44,940 bases of DNA from a virus, in the IMG/VR virus record IMGVR_UViG_3300048836_000035. One strand, 5' to 3'. Under the pieces are notes generated by a model. The model was given only the letters and a program-made list of their open reading frames with translations, was not told where the DNA came from and searched no databases. This document shows positions 25,460 to 33,496 of the stretch, piece after piece; within the stretch, counting starts at the first letter, position 1, and each line of letters opens with the position of its first letter. The position numbers were made by a program, and so were the translations under genes.

Positions 25460-25719
25460 TCCCCGTCCCCCATCTGGTGGAACCCCTCGTAGCACGGCTT
25501 GAGCGGGGGCTTAGGCGGGATCTTCGGGGCCAAGTCCGCCCGCTCCAACACCCAGTCCGCCAAGTCCACGGCTGCCTTGATCTCCGCCACCGTTCGGTCG
25601 AATTCCTTAGCCACCACGTGCAGGGGCTTCTCGTCCACCTTCACACACAACCAGATGGCCCGGAGCCTGCTGCCAAGCACGGTATCCAGCGCCTCGTTCA
25701 CCTTCTGCCACTCGTTCAT
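25456..25719 (-). CDS. Small HTH protein (sigma region-4/LuxR-like pattern)
   Basis: RLRAIWLCVKVDEKPLHVVAKEFDRTVAEIKAAVDLA. First gene of the sigma operon. Confidence 0.45.
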   Translation of the reverse strand: MNEWQKVNEALDTVLGSRLRAIWLCVKVDEKPLHVVAKEFDRTVAEIKAAVDLADWVLERADLAPKIPPKPPLKPCYEGFHQMGDGE

Positions 25720-25859
25720 TCTGCGTACCTCTTTAGCGTCCTGTCATTCTTGAGTACAAATACATGGCGTTGAGTGCCACGTTCCAGTACGAGTAGCTGG
25801 CTACTGAGTACCTCGTCAATCGTGCTGACACTTGCAACACTTCATGTGGTGAAGTGTTA

Positions 25860-26072
25860 TTAGCACGGATCTTCCAATCCATTATCATGCCCATCGTCCT
25901 CATGTATTAGCTTCCATTGGCGATCATACAGCGCCCCGCAATCTCCACAAAGATAGTTGTCGTTGGAGGCATAGAACCAAGTAGACCGGCACTGACATTG
26001 CGCCAAGCACTTGATCCCGTTGACATAGACGAACTCAACCGCATCACCACGTTCCCAGTCCTCCCTGCTCAT
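25860..26072 (-). CDS. Zinc-ribbon protein (70 aa)
   Basis: CLAQCQC...CGDCG pattern. Confidence 0.5.
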   Translation of the reverse strand: MSREDWERGDAVEFVYVNGIKCLAQCQCRSTWFYASNDNYLCGDCGALYDRQWKLIHEDDGHDNGLEDPC

Positions 26073-26212
26073 GACGTTCTCCTTCTGTCGAAGTAGTCGG
26101 ATGCGACTCCGCGCAGGACAACCGCGCTGCGGTACGTGCTGTCCCGTATGTGCTCCAACGTGGACTCTGCTTCGGCCAGCCGCGCCACGAGTGCGTCATA
26201 GTCGGACGCCAT
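26069..26212 (-). CDS. Short RLAEA-motif paralogue (47 aa)
   Basis: MASDYDALVARLAEAESTLEHIRD shares the motif with the two upstream genes. No clear SD. Confidence 0.3.
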   Translation of the reverse strand: MASDYDALVARLAEAESTLEHIRDSTYRSAVVLRGVASDYFDRRRTS

Positions 26213-26288
26213 CACGACGATATAGCAGGATGATTTGAGGCAATGCGATTCGTAGTCATGGATATTTGATCGACTCACGCCGTAGTAA

Positions 26289-26666
26289 TCAACCACGCCT
26301 TTCCTCCCGCCCAAGGTGGGCGTCGATGCGGGCGAGGAATTCGCTCCGCTCCTCCTGAAATCCGGCAATCGGCCTAGACCAGCAAGGCGCGTCGATTTCC
26401 TCCCGCGTCTCCCGCAGCAGCGCGTCCGCCTCGGCCAGCCGCGAGCGCAGGCGCTCGTTGTCTCCGAGTAGCTGCTTATAGTCGTCTGACAACAGCACAT
26501 AGTCCGTGCGCAGGGACTCGATCTCGGCGTCACGCCAGTCCTTGAGCGGATACGACGCTGGTGCATTGTTGGGGTATGGAACTCCGCATAAGTGAACGGT
26601 CGCCGTGTCTGACGGATAGAGATACAGCCCGCACGACGGGCAGCGCGGAACGTCACCGGCACTCAT
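26289..26666 (-). CDS. RLAEA-motif paralogue with N-terminal CxxC (125 aa)
   Basis: Start MSAGDVPRCPSCG follows gggag. Contains AEIESLRT...LRSRLAEADALL...FLARIDAHL. Confidence 0.5.
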   Translation of the reverse strand: MSAGDVPRCPSCGLYLYPSDTATVHLCGVPYPNNAPASYPLKDWRDAEIESLRTDYVLLSDDYKQLLGDNERLRSRLAEADALLRETREEIDAPCWSRPIAGFQEERSEFLARIDAHLGREERRG

Positions 26667-26976
26667 GGCTCTGCTCCCGCGCAAGGAAGGCGTCGATGTT
26701 GGAAATCGCACGCATTACTGCACACGACTCTGCGTGTGGCCTGTAGTCTCTTACGTGACAGCACGATCTAACTCCGAACTCCGCGCCTTCTTCAAAGTCA
26801 CTATGCTCAGCGACTTCGATGAGCGTCACCCTTGTGCTGTGCAGGCACACATCGGCCTCGGCCAGCCGCGAGCGCAGACTCTCGATCTCAGCCTCGCGTG
26901 CCTCGTAGACCAGCGAGCACACGTCCCACTGGTGGGCGTCCAGCCCCAGTTCCTTGAACAGTTCGTGCTTGCTCAT
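26653..26976 (-). CDS. RLAEA-motif paralogue (107 aa)
   Basis: Contains AEIESLRSRLAEADVCL...NIDAFLARE. Shares a 22-bp identical DNA stretch with 26429-26450. Confidence 0.55.
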   Translation of the reverse strand: MSKHELFKELGLDAHQWDVCSLVYEAREAEIESLRSRLAEADVCLHSTRVTLIEVAEHSDFEEGAEFGVRSCCHVRDYRPHAESCAVMRAISNIDAFLAREQSHECR

Positions 26977-27755
26977 ACCGCCACCCCCAGCTTCTCACGG
27001 AAGCGTTCCACGTAGAAGTCCAGCGTAGACCCCTCGATGCCCGGTGCCGTGTTGACCTCCAGAACCCGAGCCTCCCCTGCGTTGTTGCACATGAGATCCA
27101 CCGCAGCGAAGTCCAATCCGAGCGCAGCTACCGCAGAGCAAGCCGTTGAAGTCACAGAATTGGGAGCCTCAATCTCCCGTGTGCAGTACACGTAGCCGTT
27201 GCGGTGGTTACGCACAGCGTTAGGCTCCGCTCCGTTGCGCCGCCGCTTCTTCTGCGCCAGATGGTACGGGCCGAACACGTGGACCCGGTACTCATGCTCG
27301 GCACGGAACCGCTTGGTGTACAGCGGGGCATCCGGCATATCGTCCTCCCCGATGGGCACGGCAGACTCGGGATCTACGATCTCGATTCCGCTGCCTCCCT
27401 GCCCCGTGGTAGAGTGGCGAGCGAACACCGTGTGTCCGCCCTGCGCCCACGCAAAGGCGAGCGCCCTGTCGGTCGTCCACTCCACCGTCGGCACCCGTGC
27501 CTCGGTCAGCGCCTTGAAGCAGGCCAGCTTGTCACGGGCCACAGCCACCCGGTCGAAACCGTTGAGCACGTTCACGAACCCACGCAGGGGCCTGCCCATC
27601 CCGTTGTGCCTGCCCCAGTTGATGAGCACGTCCCCGTCCCGTGACAGGAAGCGGCTGGTCCCATCCAGCTTGATGCGCTTGACGCGCAGGGCACGGGACA
27701 GCAGCTTGGCCGAGTTGCTCGGGCCGTAAGGAATGATTCTGATACGTCTACGCAT
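26973..27755 (-). CDS. ATP-grasp ligase (RimK-like)
   Basis: Start MRRRIRI follows aggagagg. C-terminus EYRVHVFG...NHRNGYVY...LGLDFAAVDLM...RVLEVNTAPGIEGST fits the ATP-grasp fold pattern. Confidence 0.75.
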   Translation of the reverse strand: MRRRIRIIPYGPSNSAKLLSRALRVKRIKLDGTSRFLSRDGDVLINWGRHNGMGRPLRGFVNVLNGFDRVAVARDKLACFKALTEARVPTVEWTTDRALAFAWAQGGHTVFARHSTTGQGGSGIEIVDPESAVPIGEDDMPDAPLYTKRFRAEHEYRVHVFGPYHLAQKKRRRNGAEPNAVRNHRNGYVYCTREIEAPNSVTSTACSAVAALGLDFAAVDLMCNNAGEARVLEVNTAPGIEGSTLDFYVERFREKLGVAV

Positions 27756-27767
27756 AGTCCTCTCCTG

Positions 27768-27783
27768 TGTCATACGTATGACA
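27768..27783. promoter_or_regulatory. Palindrome copy, 16/16, between the GATase stop and the ATP-grasp SD
   Basis: Stop at 27786-88. The - strand reads motif-caggagaggact-ATG (27755). Confidence 0.9.
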
Positions 27784-27785
27784 GG

Positions 27786-29198
27786 TTAGTGCAGGCCAAC
27801 GGCCAACTTCTGGTTGTCGTCAAAGCATCCGGGGCAGATGCACCGGCTGCCGTTGTTCACCCACCCGCAGATCTCTGCCTCGTCCGCCATCAGGCGGTCG
27901 CCGCATTGGTAGCACCCGTCAGCCGTGGCCTTGATCCACTCGTCGACCGGCACCCACTCCCCGTGTGCGGCAGGCACGTACTCTCCGCCCTTCAACCCGC
28001 CCCTGCGGTCAAGGGACGACACGTTCGCAGTACCAGAGTAATACGTCCGGTTCACCAGACGAGCCACGATCATCGGGTCCGCCCCCTTGTCCAGCCCACG
28101 CACGGCCACGGGCCGCACCGTCCACCGCTCCGCGTTGTCCTTGCAGTTCTCGACCGCCGAGTACAGGCAGTGCATCACCACAGCAGGGAGCAGCATACCG
28201 CCGTCCGGGTGGATGATGTTGCCCGACACGAGGGCTGTCGGCAGGCCAGCCACCGGGGTGACGAGGGACGGTACGAACAGGCAGTCCGTCTCGGCGTCAA
28301 GGTCATGCTCCAGCAGCATCAACTCACTTTCTTCGGGGACCTTTGTAGGGGCGGCGCTGCCCGACCACGGCGGCAGCGGGTTGCTTCTCCGGGGTGCGCT
28401 CCCCTGAGAGCCACCGCCGTACCATCCCGCCGAGCGACGGCTGCTGTAGGACGGCACGTACAAAGGGACCGACTGTACCTCGGGGACGGTACTACCGGGG
28501 CGGAAGGTCAGCAACTCTCCCGGCTTGGGGTACGCAATGGTCCCGCCGTGGAAGTTGTTGCGCTTAGCCAGCCAATGCAGCATCTCCGCCTCGCTCGCCA
28601 GTAGCACCGTGTCCTCGCACTCGGCGAAGTACATATGCAGGGGGCGCTTGTCATTGCGGATCACACGCACAGCGTTGTCCCGAGCGTCATGCCAGATCAG
28701 GGTGAACGCCCCGTCCAGCAGCTTGATGACCTCGGCAGGGTCGGTAGCCTCGGCCAGATTGTGCGCGATGGCGTGGCTGTCCACTTCCACCCCCTCGCCC
28801 TTCAACTCCCACAGGGACTTGCCCAAGTCGTAGGTGCTGTTGAGCGTGCCGTTGTGGACCAGCGTGATCGGCCCCTCTTGGAACGGGTGCGCGTTGTCCA
28901 CGCTGACTGTGCCCACCGTGGCCGAGCGGTTGTGCCCGATGACAGCCCGCAGGTCGCACGTGTTGGAGTATGTCATGCGGTCCTGATACTCCTTGCTGGC
29001 GACTAGCTCGTAGCCGTCGGCTGCGACCTTGAACCAGTCGGCAGCCTGACCGTCCTCCATCTTGTGCCCCACGGTGAAGATGCCCGTGCTGTCGTCACCG
29101 CGCACGGTGCCAGCAATGAGCGCGTTCTCCATGAACTTGCGGCGATCACCTGCGCCGCGCGCCTTCTCGTTGGTGATGAATCCTACTATTCCACACAT
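27786..29198 (-). CDS. Class-II (Ntn) glutamine amidotransferase-domain protein with C-terminal Cys-rich Zn-ribbon
   Basis: N-terminal MCGIVG nucleophile Cys2. HNRSATVG...NAHPF...LVHNGTL. C-terminal CYQCGD...CICPGC. Confidence 0.75.
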   Translation of the reverse strand: MCGIVGFITNEKARGAGDRRKFMENALIAGTVRGDDSTGIFTVGHKMEDGQAADWFKVAADGYELVASKEYQDRMTYSNTCDLRAVIGHNRSATVGTVSVDNAHPFQEGPITLVHNGTLNSTYDLGKSLWELKGEGVEVDSHAIAHNLAEATDPAEVIKLLDGAFTLIWHDARDNAVRVIRNDKRPLHMYFAECEDTVLLASEAEMLHWLAKRNNFHGGTIAYPKPGELLTFRPGSTVPEVQSVPLYVPSYSSRRSAGWYGGGSQGSAPRRSNPLPPWSGSAAPTKVPEESELMLLEHDLDAETDCLFVPSLVTPVAGLPTALVSGNIIHPDGGMLLPAVVMHCLYSAVENCKDNAERWTVRPVAVRGLDKGADPMIVARLVNRTYYSGTANVSSLDRRGGLKGGEYVPAAHGEWVPVDEWIKATADGCYQCGDRLMADEAEICGWVNNGSRCICPGCFDDNQKLAVGLH

Positions 29199-30205
29199 CA
29201 GACTTCTCCTTCCTCGTCAGAGGCTTCGGGTTCTGGTTCGTCGTAAATCTCGTCGTCTTCGTCGTATTCCGGCAGTTCGTCCTCGTCCCCATCCTCGTTG
29301 TCCAGAGTGGCGAACCTCTGAGTGGGCAGCCACGATCCAAGGTCAGGGCCGGGCTCGACCCCCTCGCCCACATCGAACGCACACGGCACTCCCCACCCTG
29401 ACTGTGCGTAGGTCACGGGCTGGAACAGCAGGGCTGTCTCGACCGCACCTAGATCGTGGAGCAGCGCCTCAAGTGCAGAGTCAGGCATATTGATCTGCTC
29501 GTACAGTTCCCCGAACAGCAGCTTGACTACTGCCGCAACCCCTTCCTGTGCGTACAGTTCGATGGGGTCGGGCAGCGTGTAGGCGTTAGCTGTCATACGT
29601 ATGACACGGACCCACGCTTCCAACTGCTCCGGGGTGTCGAACGTCCGAGCGTGCCGGAACTCCAGCGTACCGAACGTGCGCAGCGGACCAGCGAACAGTC
29701 CGCTGTACTTGCACGACTGGCGCAACGAGAACATGTCCCCAGAACGTAGCGCCCTGCTCACCAGCGCCGCCTCGTCGGGTGCCCTGTACCACGGCACGCA
29801 GAAGATGTTTTCCTCGCGCTCCGTGCCAGCCCACAGGAACACCAGCGGCTCGACCATAGCGTAGTACGTACAGATCCGCGCCACTTCATCGAAGGTACGC
29901 CCGAGCATATTGGCGTGGACGTGGATGCCCGTCCGTTCCGACGGCTCCCAATGCTTGCGCGTCTTGCCGTACAGGTAGTGAACGGCAGTCGCCACGTCGT
30001 CGGGTGGCAGGAACTTAGACACGAACTCAGCGCCAGAGTTCCGCAACGAGCCGTCGTCCTTGATGTGCCAGTACTTGGTCATCTTGTTCGCCAGTTCCAG
30101 TCTGGTACCCAAGTCGAACCTCTCGACCTCGACCTCGATGCCGTAGCCCTCGGTCGTGGGCGAGTTGAACTCGTTGGCCGAGTAGTCAGCGACGATAGGG
30201 GTCAT
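29198..30205 (-). CDS. Amidoligase (glutamine-synthetase-like, Amidoligase_2 pattern) with polyacidic C-terminal tail
   Basis: Motifs GIEVEVE, DGSLRNSGAEFVS, TGIHVHAN and GTLEFRHARTFD. ATGA coupling upstream and TGATG downstream. Confidence 0.8.
   Translation of the reverse strand: MTPIVADYSANEFNSPTTEGYGIEVEVERFDLGTRLELANKMTKYWHIKDDGSLRNSGAEFVSKFLPPDDVATAVHYLYGKTRKHWEPSERTGIHVHANMLGRTFDEVARICTYYAMVEPLVFLWAGTEREENIFCVPWYRAPDEAALVSRALRSGDMFSLRQSCKYSGLFAGPLRTFGTLEFRHARTFDTPEQLEAWVRVIRMTANAYTLPDPIELYAQEGVAAVVKLLFGELYEQINMPDSALEALLHDLGAVETALLFQPVTYAQSGWGVPCAFDVGEGVEPGPDLGSWLPTQRFATLDNEDGDEDELPEYDEDDEIYDEPEPEASDEEGEV
29591..29606. promoter_or_regulatory. Palindrome copy, 16/16, inside the amidoligase gene
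   Basis: Read in frame as R-V-I-R-M-T-A. Confidence 0.9.
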
Positions 30206-30867
30206 AGTTCCACCGTCCATTGCACTCTCCCATTCAGCGCCCGGTTGATGAGGCGACACGTCGTCGTGTCAGCGATAGGCTCCAGCAGCCCGCCGCTTTG
30301 AGTGGCAGCGACCTGCCCTCGGTAGTAGATCATGCGCTTACCCACTTGGTCCTGCGCCACGATGATGCGCCGATTGATGGCGATACTGAGCCATCCCTCA
30401 GCGAGCAGAGCAAGCGCCTCGTCCACGTTCGGCGGGTACCACGGAGCCCACAGATGGGGCACGGTATGCGCCGACAGGTTCTTGACCTGAGCGTACGCCA
30501 GAGAGCCACGCACCTTCCGCACCTCCCACCCACGAGGCACGACCACCTTCACCTGACGCCCGTTCAGCGTGCGCCGGTACTGCCGAGCCGGGATGCGCTC
30601 GACGCTGATCGCTACCTTGTGAGTCGGGATGTTGATGCTCCCGCAGATGGGCCACCACCCTGCGATCCGGGAGACAGGGCAAGTCGTCCGTTCCTCAAAG
30701 CGACTGCTCGCCTTGCGGATACGAGCGTATCGCTCGCTCCCGTCGTCGTCCACGAGGCGGTCGTAGATGGCAGGCTCGTAGCCCCCGCCTGTATCCACGA
30801 TGCAATAGCCCCCGCCTAACCATTGGGCTAGGTCGTCAGCCGATATGCCTTCCGGCAACTCAATCAT
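30202..30867 (-). CDS. Hypothetical protein (221 aa) inside the ligase cassette
   Basis: SD ggaggg. No motif recognised. Confidence 0.6.
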   Translation of the reverse strand: MIELPEGISADDLAQWLGGGYCIVDTGGGYEPAIYDRLVDDDGSERYARIRKASSRFEERTTCPVSRIAGWWPICGSINIPTHKVAISVERIPARQYRRTLNGRQVKVVVPRGWEVRKVRGSLAYAQVKNLSAHTVPHLWAPWYPPNVDEALALLAEGWLSIAINRRIIVAQDQVGKRMIYYRGQVAATQSGGLLEPIADTTTCRLINRALNGRVQWTVEL

Positions 30868-31223
30868 TTTGCACCCTCCATTTGTTGTACGTATGACACG
30901 GACGCGACGTTGACGGGCACCAGTACGAACGCAGCAAGGGCACGCGCCTCTGCTGGCGTCACCTTGCGCTTGGGCGGCTCCGGTGTGGGAGGCGGGATCG
31001 CCGTGCCACTCTCCGGGTACTTCATCTGCACGTGAACGGACTCGACCGGATCACCTTCCAGCGCCACCATCTGCAACGCACGCCGCTCCGCTTCCTCCGC
31101 ACTCAGGCACAGGAACTCGCACATGTACGTGCTGGCGTTCTCGCCTGAGGTAGTCACCTTCACGGTGTACCACTTCAGGCCGAGTTGGTTAGGCGTTTGC
31201 ACGGACGAACTCCCGCTCGTCAT
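30864..31223 (-). CDS. Hypothetical protein (start uncertain)
   Basis: ORF between the GGCT gene and the 221-aa gene. Several candidate starts. Confidence 0.35.
   Translation of the reverse strand: MTSGSSSVQTPNQLGLKWYTVKVTTSGENASTYMCEFLCLSAEEAERRALQMVALEGDPVESVHVQMKYPESGTAIPPPTPEPPKRKVTPAEARALAAFVLVPVNVASVSYVQQMEGAK
30883..30898. promoter_or_regulatory. Degenerate palindrome copy (14/16), 15 nt upstream of ATG 30867
   Basis: tgtTGtacgtatgaca. The right half and flank (atgacacggac) are identical to the copy at 29591. Confidence 0.6.
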
Positions 31224-31623
31224 CGGTCGGCAGCCACACCTGCGTGCCATGCACGTAGTCGACGGACGGCTTGACCGCGAGGTACGAGTGCGGCAGGAAG
31301 TACGCCCACGCTCCCTTCCACGGGGTCTGCACCTTGTGCCGACAGTAGTAGTCGGGGTGGCCCTCGATCATGTCCAGCATATCCAGCTGGCCCTTGCTGA
31401 TCCGATAGACCTCACCGAGGATCAGCGTCTCGGTCTTGTCGGTCGGAGTGTGCACCAGTCCGGGGTAGTAGTGCAGGTCCAGCATCCTGTACTGCCCGCG
31501 CAGCACGCACCGCCCGAGCAGGTCTGCACCTGACAGCGCGGAGTGATTGCCGCGCCCCTGCTTGAGCGATCCGTACACGAACACACGGATGCCCTGCGAA
31601 TCAACCTTCGTTTCATCAGCCAT
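31189..31623 (-). CDS. Gamma-glutamyl cyclotransferase (AIG2/GGACT-like)
   Basis: Motifs VFVYGSLKQGRGNH, YPGLV, LGEVYRI and LDMIEGHPDYY. Confidence 0.8.
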   Translation of the reverse strand: MADETKVDSQGIRVFVYGSLKQGRGNHSALSGADLLGRCVLRGQYRMLDLHYYPGLVHTPTDKTETLILGEVYRISKGQLDMLDMIEGHPDYYCRHKVQTPWKGAWAYFLPHSYLAVKPSVDYVHGTQVWLPTDDEREFVRANA

Positions 31624-32465
31624 TAGAGAATCTCCAGTCCAAAGTCAGACACATACTCCCGCAACTGGTACGCAAGCGTACCGTCTGCGGTCCCAATCGC
31701 ACGTCGCACGTCAGCCCACGGCATCTCGTTGTAGATGCGCCGCACTTCCTGCTCTCCACGCGCCAGCACGCCCATCGCACCGAACGCCATGCTCCCCACG
31801 TGCAGCGCCGAGCGCGTCGTCATGGTCCACGAGTTGCCGAGTGTGCGGTACTCGATCCCGTAGCGGGTAGGTCGGTAGCGTCCGGGGCTGCCGTAGAACT
31901 GCCGACGCTTGCCCTGATTGTCCATGTTGTGGACCAGAGCAGGCAGCCCGATCATCAGGTCGCAGATTGTGGCAGCCACGAAGTCGGGGCACTCCCACCC
32001 GAGGTATTCGCGGTAGCCCAAGTGGACGTGCCCACCTGCGAAGCGCCACGCTCCGCCCGGTTCCGTCAACTCGGACGGCTGGATGCGGGGCAGCGGAGCG
32101 CCCTGCTCGTAGGCGTTGAAGTCCGGGCTGCACCCGAACATCTGCGCCTGAGGGTTGGCGAGGGCCGCCTCGTTGAAGAACACCGAGCAGTCCGGCCACG
32201 CCTGCACCCCCGGCACCGTCTGCCGCAGCTTGGCAAGCGCCAACTGCCTGCCTCGCACCACCACGTCCGCGAAAGAGTGCGGGTCGGACACGGGCGGCAC
32301 GTTGTACTCCGCCATCACGTTGTCCTCTTGCACCGCGAACCCACTTCCGGCCCCGCCAACGGGGATCGGTTTGTCCTTCGTCCCACCGAGCAGCCCAACA
32401 ATGGGCAGCACGCTGTTCCCATCACGAGTGATGAAGAACTCAGGATCAGCGCCTATCGTGAACAT
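31623..32465 (-). CDS. phiEco32-type COOH-NH2 ligase (type 2 amidoligase)
   Basis: MFTIGADPEFF...VQEDNVMAEYNVPP...GCSPDFNAY...FAGGHVHLG...RYGIEYRTLGNSW matches the family pattern, recalled from memory. Confidence 0.8.
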   Translation of the reverse strand: MFTIGADPEFFITRDGNSVLPIVGLLGGTKDKPIPVGGAGSGFAVQEDNVMAEYNVPPVSDPHSFADVVVRGRQLALAKLRQTVPGVQAWPDCSVFFNEAALANPQAQMFGCSPDFNAYEQGAPLPRIQPSELTEPGGAWRFAGGHVHLGYREYLGWECPDFVAATICDLMIGLPALVHNMDNQGKRRQFYGSPGRYRPTRYGIEYRTLGNSWTMTTRSALHVGSMAFGAMGVLARGEQEVRRIYNEMPWADVRRAIGTADGTLAYQLREYVSDFGLEIL

Positions 32466-32478
32466 CTGCCTTCTCCTT

Positions 32479-32494
32479 TGTCATACGTATGACA
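32479..32494. promoter_or_regulatory. Palindrome copy, 16/16, between stop 32496 and the SD/ATG at 32465
   Basis: The - strand reads motif-aaggagaaggcag-ATG. Confidence 0.9.
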
Positions 32495-32495
32495 T

Positions 32496-33485
32496 TTAAC
32501 CGTTGTTCCACAGACCGACGGGCTGCTGCGCCAGATACGCAGGGGTACGCGCCGCCAGCCGCCAATAGTCGGGAATCGTCAAGTCAGACGCCTTCTCGAT
32601 AGGGCGCGTGACATACTCCTCCAGTTCCTCGTCCCATATCTCGTCCATGGCCTCGTCGTCGTGGTCCCCGTCCAACGAGAAGGACAGGTTGATTGCCCCG
32701 ACCATGCTGCCCGAGTTGGAGTTCAGGTACTCCGGTGCCTCGTGTACGTTCACGGCCACGGCCCGAGTGTAGCGGTAGTGGTCGTCGCCGAGGACCGTCG
32801 CGCCCAACAGTTCCTCGGTCACGGTCTGGTCCTGAGACTTGTCGATGCGAGTCTCCCGATTGGCGTACTCAGCGTCGTAGACCGGGCCACACGTGAAGTT
32901 CGGCACGGCTTGCAGCTTGGCTGCCGTGCGCATCACGTTGCGCATCTTTGACCGATTGTTAGCCGCCCTGTCGAACGCGAAGATGCCCCGCTTCCCGACC
33001 TCAATCATACGGGCCAGCGCCCAGTACATAAGGCTCCGGTCCATGATCTCCGCCACTTCGCGCCGACTCAGCGACCGCTCAGCACGCAGCGCGTCGTGGA
33101 TGGACGGCACGTTCGCCCGTTCTGCGTGTGACACCCTGAGGTGACTCGCCCCGAGCGTCCCGAGGCGTGGCGCAGACCACTGGTTTTCCTGCTCGTGGGT
33201 GAAGATGGTCCCACCCGACGACGCCAGCACTCCGCCGCAGAAGTCGTGGATGTGCTGCCCGAGCAGCATCCGAGTCTCGGCCATACACCAGCGGTCCGAG
33301 TCCTCGGAGTTGCGGAAGCGGTACAGCCCCCACACCCACCACCACGCGGCCCGCTGGTCCGGACCCTCTGCCGGATTGAACGGACGCCACGTGCTGTAGC
33401 CCACCAGCTGGTTACGCGGGAAGCTCCCCACGAACAAGGGCACAAACGCAGTAGCGAGCGGCTGATTGGTGAAAGTCACAGTCAT
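32496..33485 (-). CDS. Hypothetical protein (329 aa)
   Basis: SD ggagaa. Trp-rich N-terminal region and an acidic patch DGDHDDEAMDEIWDEELEE. Confidence 0.65.
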   Translation of the reverse strand: MTVTFTNQPLATAFVPLFVGSFPRNQLVGYSTWRPFNPAEGPDQRAAWWWVWGLYRFRNSEDSDRWCMAETRMLLGQHIHDFCGGVLASSGGTIFTHEQENQWSAPRLGTLGASHLRVSHAERANVPSIHDALRAERSLSRREVAEIMDRSLMYWALARMIEVGKRGIFAFDRAANNRSKMRNVMRTAAKLQAVPNFTCGPVYDAEYANRETRIDKSQDQTVTEELLGATVLGDDHYRYTRAVAVNVHEAPEYLNSNSGSMVGAINLSFSLDGDHDDEAMDEIWDEELEEYVTRPIEKASDLTIPDYWRLAARTPAYLAQQPVGLWNNG

Positions 33486-33496
33486 TTCGATTCTCC

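Noticed and set aside
27756-27773. ATG at 27773 as the ATP-grasp start (MTQERT...).
   Set aside because: That ATG is simply the ATG inside the palindrome. The aggagagg SD lies downstream of it and serves the ATG at 27755.
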